From: an uncultured bacterium
GTDB lineage: Bacteria; Patescibacteriota; Patescibacteriia; Patescibacteriales; SZUA-104
NCBI GenBank assembly: GCA_913009695.1
Contig: CAJVWV010000001.1
Location: forward strand, 1 to 54,874
DNA length: 54,874 nt
Reading direction: 5' to 3'
Shown here piece after piece: positions 14,294 to 24,870 of this stretch (position 1 is its first letter; each line of letters opens with the position of its first letter). Both the position numbers and the translations under genes were made by a program. The notes beneath the pieces are model-generated. The model saw nothing but the letters and a program-made list of their open reading frames with translations. It searched no databases and was not told the DNA's origin.

Positions 14294-15799
14294 TTATAAT
14301 ACTGGCTTTTTCTTGTGCCACTCCGTTGCCTTCTCATAATTATGTCCGACTCTAAAGAGCATCTCTTCATCAAATCTCTTTCCAATTAACTGCATACCAA
14401 CCGGCAAGCCGTCATCAAATCCGCAAGGCACTGAAATAGCAGGAAGACCCGCAAGTGAAGCTCCTGTAACAAAAATATCTTCTAAATACATCTTTAATGG
14501 GTCATCAGACTGTTCTCCGATTTTAAATGCCGTATGCGGAGAAGACGGAGTTAGAAGACAATCTACTTTCTCTAACGCTTCATCCATTTCTTCTTTTATT
14601 TTGGTTCTTACTTTTTGCGCTTGCAGATAATAGGCGTCATAATATCCGGCGCTTAAGGCGTATGTTCCCAGCATTATTCTTCTTTTAACTTCCGATCCAA
14701 ACCCCTTGCCCCTACTCTTTGTATAAACTTCCATTAAATTTTTTGAATCTTTTTCTGAAAAACCATACCTTATTCCGTCATGTCTTGCTAAATTAGAACT
14801 AACTTCCGACGGAGTAATAATATAATAAACCGGGATGCCGTATTTTGTATGAGGTAAGCTGACATCAATAAACTCAGCTCCTAATTCTTTAAATTTTTCA
14901 ATCGCCTTGTTTATTGCCTCGGTAACACCCTTTGTAATTCCACTAATAAAATATTCTTTGGGTAAACCAATCTTTAAACCATTCAACTTTTGCTCCCTCT
15001 CCTTGCTAAGGAGAGGGTTGGGGTGAGGTTTGACGGCTGGGGCATCAACTGTTGTTGAATCATTTTTATCAACTCCTTCCATGATCCGTAAAACAATTTC
15101 CGTGTCTTCTATTGTTTTGGTTACAGAACCGGGAACATCAGTTGAGGATGTCATCGCTATAAGACCAAAACGAGATGCCCTTCCATAAGTCGGCTTAAGC
15201 CCTACTACTCCGCAAAAGCTGGCAGGTTGTCTTATGGAGCCTCCTGTATCCGTCCCAAGCGCAAATATACACATATCCGCCGCTACTGCCGCCGCTGAAC
15301 CGCCGGATGAACCGCCCGGCACCATTGTTAAATCCCATGGATTATGAGTCGTTCCATAAGCGCTATTTTCCGTAGAAGCTCCGTGCGCGAATTCATCCAT
15401 ATTAGTTTTTCCCAAAAGAACCGCGCCCGCGTTCTTTAATTTTTTAACAACCGCAGCGTCAAAAGGCGCGATATAACCTTCCAGTATCTTAGAAGCCGCG
15501 TTCGTTTCAATACCCTTAGTCATTATATTCATCTTGCATAAATACGGAATTCCTAATAAAGACGATTCAGGTTCTGAGGGCCTTTTAGAGGCTCTCAGAA
15601 CCTTGCGAGCCTTGCGCCGTTCATCAGCCTCTTTAGCTTCTTTTAAAGCTTCTTTTCCGCACACCTTTAAACAAGCCTTAATTTTTTTATCAACTTCTTT
15701 AATACGCGCTAAACACGCCTTAGTTAATTCAACTGAGGTTATCTCGCCCTTTTCTAGCTTTTCACTAGCCTCTCTTATTGTAAGCTCATTCAATCCCAT
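14294..15799 (-). CDS. gatA: Glu/Asp-tRNA amidotransferase subunit A
   Basis: 501 aa; amidase signature GGSSGGSAAAVAA...GTDTGGSIRQPA. It contains two palindromic insert-like segments (14995-15030 and 15570-15602). Confidence 0.95.
   Translation of the reverse strand: MGLNELTIREASEKLEKGEITSVELTKACLARIKEVDKKIKACLKVCGKEALKEAKEADERRKARKVLRASKRPSEPESSLLGIPYLCKMNIMTKGIETNAASKILEGYIAPFDAAVVKKLKNAGAVLLGKTNMDEFAHGASTENSAYGTTHNPWDLTMVPGGSSGGSAAAVAADMCIFALGTDTGGSIRQPASFCGVVGLKPTYGRASRFGLIAMTSSTDVPGSVTKTIEDTEIVLRIMEGVDKNDSTTVDAPAVKPHPNPLLSKEREQKLNGLKIGLPKEYFISGITKGVTEAINKAIEKFKELGAEFIDVSLPHTKYGIPVYYIITPSEVSSNLARHDGIRYGFSEKDSKNLMEVYTKSRGKGFGSEVKRRIMLGTYALSAGYYDAYYLQAQKVRTKIKEEMDEALEKVDCLLTPSSPHTAFKIGEQSDDPLKMYLEDIFVTGASLAGLPAISVPCGFDDGLPVGMQLIGKRFDEEMLFRVGHNYEKATEWHKKKPVL
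14995..15030 (+). repeat. Family 1 palindrome + G-tail mini-element, in frame in gatA
   Basis: CCCTCTCCTT-gct-AAGGAGAGGG-t-TGGGGTGAGGTT; encodes PHPNPLLSKERE on the minus strand. Confidence 0.85.
15570..15602. repeat. 33-nt GC-rich palindrome in frame in gatA
   Basis: GGTTCTGAGGGCC-ttttaga-GGCTCTCAGAACC (12 of 13 arm positions pair), followed by the direct repeat ccttgcgag/ccttgcgcc. It encodes ...KVLRASKRPSEPE... Confidence 0.6.
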
Positions 15800-15817
15800 A
15801 GTTTATAAAGTTTTAAC

Positions 15818-16114
15818 TTAATTTAATACTCTTTTTACCTTAATCTGTCCATCCTCCAGTTCCGGCGCTTGCCTTAAGGAGTCTTCTCTTTCTATTTTGT
15901 CCCAATCTTCAATTACATCCTCGCGTAAAATATCTTCCAATCCCGTAACCTGCGCGGTTGGCTCAACTCCATCCACGTTCACTTCCCGCAGTTGTTCAAC
16001 GTAACTTAAAACGTCCGACAGTTGGCTGCCGTATTTTATAATTTCCGCATCAGTTAATTCCAATCTGGCAAGTTTTGCTATATGTTTTATATCCTGTTTA
16101 GACAACATAAACAA
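15818..16114 (-). CDS. gatC: Glu/Asp-tRNA amidotransferase subunit C
   Basis: 98 aa; IKHIAKLARLELTDAEI... typical GatC; 18 nt upstream of gatA. Confidence 0.9.
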   Translation of the reverse strand: MFMLSKQDIKHIAKLARLELTDAEIIKYGSQLSDVLSYVEQLREVNVDGVEPTAQVTGLEDILREDVIEDWDKIEREDSLRQAPELEDGQIKVKRVLN

Positions 16115-16209
16115 TTTTTAAATTTTTAATTTTGTAATTTTTAATATTAAAATATTTAGATATTAAAAATTATTTAAAAATTAAAAATTGGAAATTAAAA
16201 ATTTTAAAG
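16115..16209. repeat. Intercistronic AT-rich heptamer-periodic inverted repeat (ligA/gatC spacer)
   Basis: The arms are built of AAAAATT-type 7-mers. 16167-16203 matches 43138-43174 at 36 of 37 positions. Confidence 0.75.
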
Positions 16210-18806
<2,597 letters not shown>

Positions 18807-18814
<8 letters not shown>

Positions 18815-19451
18815 AGTGTCTTGCTGAAATAGTTGTTTGTATTTTTAATTCATTTTTATTTATATTTTTGCCGGTTGCCTCAATATCTAAAACCATTGTA
18901 ACCCTTGGCTGCTTATTACCGCTAATATCCTCAATAATATCAAATTTTAATCCTGTAACATTTGCTCTTAAGGGAGTAATAAAGTCTTCGTCAAACACGG
19001 TAGGAGACCCGGCTGTATAACGCTTAACTTTTAGGCGTGTTACTTCGTTATTGTTATCTAAAAAATATTTAACGCATTTATTATTAGAATTTAACAAATA
19101 CAAAGTATTGTTAGCCGCGTCAGTATAATATACTTTATTAATAAGGGTGGCCTCGCAATCGTTATTATCGGCCTCTTTGGCCATTCTTATTTCTTTTGAC
19201 ATCACCTCTAATGTATAACGAATACTTTCTTGCATGTTTTGCGCCGCGACCACATTTCTCTGTCCCTTGATTGACATATCAAATATTTGCATAACCGAAA
19301 GAATCGCTATTGAAAATATTGAAATTGCCACTGTTAATTCCAACAATGTTGTCCCCTTGTTATTTTTTCTAAAATTTTTAAACATAATCCAAATAATTAA
19401 TTGCTTTGTGTTAAGTGTTAAATGTCGCTTGTTATGTGAGGCTACCGCCAA
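18807..19451 (-). CDS. Prepilin-type minor pilin (PilW-like position); probable true start ATG 19385
   Basis: NNKGTTLLELTVAISIFSIAIL is an N-terminal cleavage/methylation motif. The ORF-track start lies in a gtgttaa-type repeat spacer. Confidence 0.65.
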
Positions 19452-19951
19452 TCGTATAAAATAACACTAGTAACATAATTGCGTGTTTGTCCTCTTTCTT
19501 GCCATTGAACCATACTTTCAACCTCTATATGGTCATCATAATCAATAACTGTTATAAGGCGGGAAAAAGCTGTTTGACTGCCGCTAGAATGGTTATAAAA
19601 ACCATTTACGTCTATTTTTAATCCTGCATCTACATGATCTATGGTGTCGGGAGAGGGGTATATGTTATCTTTGTCTATGGCATATGCCGGGCTTTGAAGT
19701 ATATTATTACTAACACTATCCCCTGTCCAAATTATTCCATTGATCCAATTTTCATCTCGTATATTTTTTACCAGCTCTATGCCTTCTTGCGCCAGATGAG
19801 ACGCGATAAGCTCGTATCTATTTAAACTTGACACCTGAATATTCTGCGTAACTAAAGACATAATTCCCATTAAGCCAATATTAATAACTACAAAAACAAC
19901 CATTATTTCTACAATGGAAAATCCTGATTGATTGTGGGTTTTTTTAAACAT
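19442..19951 (-). CDS. Prepilin-type minor pilin (PilV-like)
   Basis: 169 aa; QSGFSIVEIMVVFVVINIGLMGI N-terminal methylation motif. Confidence 0.7.
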   Translation of the reverse strand: MFKKTHNQSGFSIVEIMVVFVVINIGLMGIMSLVTQNIQVSSLNRYELIASHLAQEGIELVKNIRDENWINGIIWTGDSVSNNILQSPAYAIDKDNIYPSPDTIDHVDAGLKIDVNGFYNHSSGSQTAFSRLITVIDYDDHIEVESMVQWQERGQTRNYVTSVILYDWR

Positions 19952-19967
19952 AAAACTCTTTTTGAAG

Positions 19968-20579
19968 TTAATCTATTATTTCAACTAAGCCAAAAAAATT
20001 AATTTCAAGTTTTTTTTCATCGCCTGTTCTGTTATCAAGCAATATTATTCTCATCTTTGTATAATCGCTATTATCGGTTATATAAACTTCCGGGTCAGGA
20101 GAGATAAAAACAACTTGTTTATTGGCGCCTGTATAAGTCCCCCAGCTGGAATCAAAAACTTTAATGGAATCTATGTCTAAACCTTCCAACATATTAACAA
20201 CTTTAAAATCTTCGTTTCCATCAGCGTCTCTAAGCCCATCACCATCGTCATCCGCGAATATTACGTATCTATCTGGATCGGTGGAAATATCAAAATATAG
20301 CCCCCACCCATACGGAAAAACGCTATTATGCTCTTTATAGCCCAAACTAAAATTCTGCGCTAACCTTATATCGCTTACCATCGTTTGCGCGGTTGTGCTA
20401 AGCTGCCTCTTGCTGTTTGTGGAATGATAATCAACCAAAAATAAACCAACCATTATCGTTATAATAGCAATACTCACTGTTAATTCAATTAAAGTAAATC
20501 CGCCCTGCTTGCCGGCCGCATTAATATTTGGCGCGAAGACAAGCTTTAATCGATTTTTTATTACATTTAAAACACGCAT
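19968..20579 (-). CDS. Prepilin-type minor pilin (FimT/GspH-like)
   Basis: 203 aa; GGFTLIELTVSIAIITIMVG. The leader is 27 aa if ATG 20579 is used, which is long for a type IVa prepilin. Confidence 0.7.
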   Translation of the reverse strand: MRVLNVIKNRLKLVFAPNINAAGKQGGFTLIELTVSIAIITIMVGLFLVDYHSTNSKRQLSTTAQTMVSDIRLAQNFSLGYKEHNSVFPYGWGLYFDISTDPDRYVIFADDDGDGLRDADGNEDFKVVNMLEGLDIDSIKVFDSSWGTYTGANKQVVFISPDPEVYITDNSDYTKMRIILLDNRTGDEKKLEINFFGLVEIID

Positions 20580-20654
20580 GCGCTTTATTTTAAATCAGCG
20601 TGGGGCTTAAATCCACGCTAATAATCCTGAGTAAATTTGTATATATTATTATGC

Positions 20655-21908
20655 TTATTTTTCCATCCATGTCGGCAAAGTCGGGCAAGGAGTTAAAGTA
20701 ACATCATTTGAATCCAGTGAATCGGACACTGCCCTTATTCTATAAGTGTAAGTTAAATCCGACTCTACGTCAGTATCAGGATATTTAGAAGAAACATCAT
20801 CATCATACAAATTCATACCTGAACCGTCATCTCTATATAAATCATAAGTGGACGATCCGCTATATGTCCATGTTAATGTAATTAATTCGCAATCACCGCT
20901 AGCGCTTAAGACTGGAGGACAATAATTCGTGCTGGCTTGCGCGCCACCGGAAATCGGCTCCCAATCTGAATTACCATAACTATTTTTAGCTCTAACCTGA
21001 TAGTATATGGTGGACTTTTCGCTTTGCGAAATTGTCCGCTGTTCAATGTTGGGATCTAAATCTGGATTATGTGTAGTCCATCCGGAAGATCCGTCAAGGC
21101 TCCATTGGGTTTCAAAATTGTCTTCATTATCCGAATTATCAACCCAATTCATTCTTACTGAGTTACAATCAATTAAATTCATTGTTAAATTGCTTGGCGC
21201 GGCCGGAACGCCAACGGCTCCGCTTCCGCTGAAATTAACTTTATAATCAACTGTCGCGCAAGAACTATCGTTTGAACAATTAAAACTAACCCAGCCGATT
21301 CCCACGTCAGGAGTGTCACTGCCGTTCCACGCCCAGCCGATAAATTCATTTAAACTTATTTTTACCCCGTCGCCGCTCCATGACACTACGCTATCATCAC
21401 TTAATTTAAGCCACCCATCAACGCCGAGAGACAATATCTTAGCCCAACCATAAACTCCGCCATCGCCTGAATTATAACAAGCAGTACAATTATCACTAGC
21501 ATCATCACAGGACAATGAATCAATGCAATTAGCGCTAAAATCAAAATTAGGCGGATCATTCTCCACAAAACTTATCCAGCCGATATTTTCGCTCCAAGCG
21601 TATCCTGAAAAATTACCTGTGGTCTGGTCAATTGTTACTCCATAATTTTCTACCGCCCCAGAGGCTGGACAACCGACAGGAGTACCGTCATAGAATCCAT
21701 CTTCATCAGTGTCACAATCAAAAGAATTAAAACTAATCCAGCCAATATTTTCACTCCATGCAAAACCAGATACATTGTCGCCGGTTCCGGCGCGAACAAT
21801 TTTATAATTATCTTTTGTAAAAAAAACTATACTAACACTAATTAGCATAGAAACAACTAAAAATAAAAAAATAATACTCAAAGTTTTTAATTTAAAAAAT
21901 TCCTTCAT
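20655..21908 (-). CDS. Secreted/anchored repeat protein with FN3-like C-terminal modules (candidate pilus-associated adhesin)
   Basis: 417 aa; N-terminal TM/signal; three Trp-rich repeats (GFAWSENIGWISFN, GYAWSENIGWISF, GWAWNG...IGWVSFN); C-terminal beta-rich modules with an FN3-like pattern. It lies between pilD and the minor pilins. Confidence 0.55.
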   Translation of the reverse strand: MKEFFKLKTLSIIFLFLVVSMLISVSIVFFTKDNYKIVRAGTGDNVSGFAWSENIGWISFNSFDCDTDEDGFYDGTPVGCPASGAVENYGVTIDQTTGNFSGYAWSENIGWISFVENDPPNFDFSANCIDSLSCDDASDNCTACYNSGDGGVYGWAKILSLGVDGWLKLSDDSVVSWSGDGVKISLNEFIGWAWNGSDTPDVGIGWVSFNCSNDSSCATVDYKVNFSGSGAVGVPAAPSNLTMNLIDCNSVRMNWVDNSDNEDNFETQWSLDGSSGWTTHNPDLDPNIEQRTISQSEKSTIYYQVRAKNSYGNSDWEPISGGAQASTNYCPPVLSASGDCELITLTWTYSGSSTYDLYRDDGSGMNLYDDDVSSKYPDTDVESDLTYTYRIRAVSDSLDSNDVTLTPCPTLPTWMEK

Positions 21909-21945
21909 ATAAATTTTCCCTCTTCTTCCGCGTAATTGATAATTG

Positions 21946-22782
21946 TTAATTGATAATTGTTAATTGATTTAAGTACCAATTCAAAATTTCACCTCCCCAA
22001 AACATAGTTATTATAGTAGCTAGGGACAAAAATACGCCTAAAGGAATCTGTGAGCTCCATTTCTTTTTACCTGCCACAATCAAACCAACACCTACGACTG
22101 AGCCCATAATATAAGCTAAAAATATGGCTAATAAAATATTAGGCCAACCCAAAGCAACTCCCATCAATAACCCTAGCCTAATATCTCCTCCGCCTATCCA
22201 TTTTCCGCGCGAAACTACAAACTGAAACAAGAAGAAGCTACTTCCTATTATACCAGAAATTAACAAGTTTTGCCAAGAAAATCCTAAAAATAAATTAGCG
22301 ATAAAAATAATAGCTGAAGCCGGCAAGGTCACAATATCCAATATTAAATACCATCGTAAATCAATAACAAAAATAACAATCATCACAGAAATAATAAACC
22401 AATTGCGTAGCAATGTGACATAATCGTTAATTGAAAATTGAAAATTATTAATTGTTTGAAAATTGAAAATTGAAAATTGAAAATTATAAAAAAAGGCCAA
22501 CAAAAATAACACGCCCGTCACTAGCTCTACAACCGGATATTGTATAGATATTGACTTCTTACAATGCCGGCATTTCCCGCCAAGAAGCGCAAAGCTTAAA
22601 ACCGGTATATTATCGTACCAAGAAATCATTTTTTTGCATTTCGGACAAAATGATCTATTGCTCCCCCCTTTACTAAAGGGGGTTAGGGGGATTCCTTTAT
22701 AAAGACGCCAAATAAGGCAGTTTAAAAAACTGCCAATTATTAAGCCGAAGATGAAGATGAAGATGTAAATAATGTATATCAT
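21946..22782 (-). CDS. pilD: Prepilin peptidase / N-methyltransferase (A24 family)
   Basis: 278 aa; CPKC...CRHC zinc motif, multi-TM, IGGGDIRLG aspartate motif. It contains two repeat-derived segments, and its last codons lie in a TAATTGA/TAATTGT heptamer array (21933-21967). Confidence 0.9.
   Translation of the reverse strand: MIYIIYIFIFIFGLIIGSFLNCLIWRLYKGIPLTPFSKGGSNRSFCPKCKKMISWYDNIPVLSFALLGGKCRHCKKSISIQYPVVELVTGVLFLLAFFYNFQFSIFNFQTINNFQFSINDYVTLLRNWFIISVMIVIFVIDLRWYLILDIVTLPASAIIFIANLFLGFSWQNLLISGIIGSSFFLFQFVVSRGKWIGGGDIRLGLLMGVALGWPNILLAIFLAYIMGSVVGVGLIVAGKKKWSSQIPLGVFLSLATIITMFWGGEILNWYLNQLTIIN
22427..22492. repeat. (GAAAATT)n heptamer array in frame in pilD
   Basis: gttaattgaaaattgaaaattattaattgtttgaaaattgaaaattgaaaattgaaaatt is translated as YNFQFSIFNFQTINNFQFSIN. 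Its reverse complement resembles the intergenic 1318-1380. Confidence 0.85.
22664..22693 (+). repeat. Family 2 mini-element (CCCCCTTT-N3-AAAGGGGG + GGGGGATT tail) in frame in pilD
   Basis: CCCCCTTT-act-AAAGGGGG-tta-GGGGGATT; encodes GIPLTPFSKGG just before the first CxxC. Confidence 0.8.
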
Positions 22783-22853
22783 TATATTATTTGTAAATTC
22801 GTAATAAATTCGCCTGCCACGCCATGCGGTACACGGCCGGGATAATTTGCAGA

Positions 22854-23627
22854 CTACAATTTCTGCTCAATATATTCTCTAAAGCTTAAAATTCTTTCCT
22901 GATCGTCTGAATTAATTAAAAAGGGAATAACATCCTTAGACAACTTATTCATTCTCAGTCCTGTTATTTTTTTAAACAATTTATCTTTAAGCTCTTTTTT
23001 TTCGATTTTAAACTCTTTTTTTAAAAAATCATAATCAGGAGCAGTTAATCCAAGTAAATATGAAACATCATAAAAATCACGCCCCTTCTCTCTTTTTCTT
23101 TCCAGTATTGTTACTAATTTTTGGGATAAAATAACAGAAGGCGCGTTAACTATAATTTTTCTATATATATCAAATCTATCCAATACCTTTATTTCCGGCT
23201 TAAATAGTTTCCGCTTATGGACAGTATCAATACGGACTAAAATCTTTTCATCTTTATGAGCCACTAAATTATTTTCAAACAACAATCTTGGAAATCTAAA
23301 ATAACAATGATAAGCGCCCTTTTCAATAAAACGAAATTCTATTTCAAAGCCCTTGTTTTGCATATCCTTTGCCGCGTTATTTAATAATAATTTAAATTTC
23401 TCAAATGAAAGACCGAAATTATCAAAATCCAAATCCTCAGAAAAACGAGAACTGTTGTATACAATTCTAATCGCAGTTCCACCCATAAAGCTTAAATGCT
23501 CGCTTCCCTCCATTTTAAAAATTGAATCTAAAAGCTCATGCTGAATATATTCAACTAAAACCGCCTTAGGATTGCGGCGAAAAACTTCTTCTGAATATTT
23601 TTGTTTAATTTGATTTAATGTCAACAT
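22854..23627 (-). CDS. abiEii: AbiEii/AbiGii-family nucleotidyltransferase toxin (type IV TA / abortive infection)
   Basis: 257 aa; LSFMGGTAIRIVYNSSRFSEDLDFD matches the DUF1814/AbiEii signature (GGTAL...RFSEDLDF). Confidence 0.8.
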   Translation of the reverse strand: MLTLNQIKQKYSEEVFRRNPKAVLVEYIQHELLDSIFKMEGSEHLSFMGGTAIRIVYNSSRFSEDLDFDNFGLSFEKFKLLLNNAAKDMQNKGFEIEFRFIEKGAYHCYFRFPRLLFENNLVAHKDEKILVRIDTVHKRKLFKPEIKVLDRFDIYRKIIVNAPSVILSQKLVTILERKREKGRDFYDVSYLLGLTAPDYDFLKKEFKIEKKELKDKLFKKITGLRMNKLSKDVIPFLINSDDQERILSFREYIEQKL

Positions 23628-24216
23628 AAAGTAATTTAAAAATTTTCATCATTTTTTTGCTATTAGCCGCTAAAAAATATTTCTTTAGCTTTTTTCTATC
23701 TAAATCTTTTAACGCGAACTCGTTTAAACGCAGTTCACTAATATCATCTTTGTTGTTAATTTGCGAAGAGTTTAAGTAGGCATAGTCAAACAGCGCTTTT
23801 TCCGGCTCAGCCATTAAATATACCTGCCCGTCTTTATGTATTTTATTGTAGCCAAAAAACAATTCTTTTTTTACGCTCCTAAAGCTAAAGGCTCCAAATT
23901 TATTTTTAAATGATCTCGTGGTCTTTGTTGTTACTGATGTGCAGTTATACACCATTTCGGGAATCAATCCGTATTTAGATAAAGCCCACTCCAAACTTAC
24001 ATAGCTCGGCTGATACAAATTAAAAGCTATGTATTCGCTCATCAAGGATGCCGCGGCGCTTGAATGCGCGTAAACGCCGTTTTTTAATTTAATTATATAT
24101 CCTTTTTCCGACCATTCGGACAGCTGGTAATGATAAATCTTTAATCCTGCCAGCCTTAAATCCTGCAAAGAAAAAATCGGTTCTCTGATGTTTTTGATCA
24201 AATCAATATATTTCAT
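23605..24216 (-). CDS. abiEi: AbiEi-family antitoxin / transcriptional regulator
   Basis: 203 aa; N-terminal wHTH-like FSLQDLRLAGLKIYHYQLSEWSEKGYIIKLKNGVYA; overlaps abiEii by 23 nt. Confidence 0.7.
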   Translation of the reverse strand: MKYIDLIKNIREPIFSLQDLRLAGLKIYHYQLSEWSEKGYIIKLKNGVYAHSSAAASLMSEYIAFNLYQPSYVSLEWALSKYGLIPEMVYNCTSVTTKTTRSFKNKFGAFSFRSVKKELFFGYNKIHKDGQVYLMAEPEKALFDYAYLNSSQINNKDDISELRLNEFALKDLDRKKLKKYFLAANSKKMMKIFKLLYVDIKSN

Positions 24217-24321
24217 TTTTTTATTATTTTTAATAATATTCTGAAATAATTATAACATACTTAAAAATAATGTCAAGCCTCATTCCGTTTCTTTTTTTGG
24301 TTATTTTTAACTAAATTCATT

Positions 24322-24870
24322 TTATTTTTTAGCAATTATGAATAAGTTGTTAAGATAAATTAATAACGGTTCTGGATCAGGAATGTGCTCAACAACATCC
24401 CACAAAGTAATAATATCAAAATACTTTTCCTGAAAATCAGAATCCTCAACCTTTCCCTGCTTAATATTTTTAATCCCCAATTTATTTTCAGCAAAATCAA
24501 CAGCCGAACCAGAAATTTCATAACCGTAAACCTCCCATTCAGGATAATTTTTAATTTTTTTTACAAAATAACCCAACCCGCACCCAACGTCCAATAGTTT
24601 TCCATTTTTATTTTTAATAAATCTATTACAAAAATCATTATACATTTTTCCATGCGCTTCTTTCCACCAACAATGATCATCATCCTTAACTTTCTCCCCA
24701 TAATATCCGCCATAATCCTGCTCAGCTTCATACGACGAAAAAACATGCCCGCAGTTTTTACATTTTAAAATATTTATGCCAAACTCTTTAAAAATTGCTT
24801 TATTTTTTGAATTTTCACAAATAATACATTTCATAATATTAACTCTACAATTTAATTGGTTTATAAACAC
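24322..24870 (-). CDS. Class I SAM-dependent methyltransferase, apparently C-terminally truncated; likely start ATG 24834
   Basis: N-terminal Zn-ribbon-like CIICEN...CKNCGH and SAM motif LLDVGCGLGYF. It ends shortly after VVEHIPDPEPLL, so the C-terminal half of the fold is missing. Confidence 0.6.
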   Translation of the reverse strand: MFINQLNCRVNIMKCIICENSKNKAIFKEFGINILKCKNCGHVFSSYEAEQDYGGYYGEKVKDDDHCWWKEAHGKMYNDFCNRFIKNKNGKLLDVGCGLGYFVKKIKNYPEWEVYGYEISGSAVDFAENKLGIKNIKQGKVEDSDFQEKYFDIITLWDVVEHIPDPEPLLIYLNNLFIIAKK

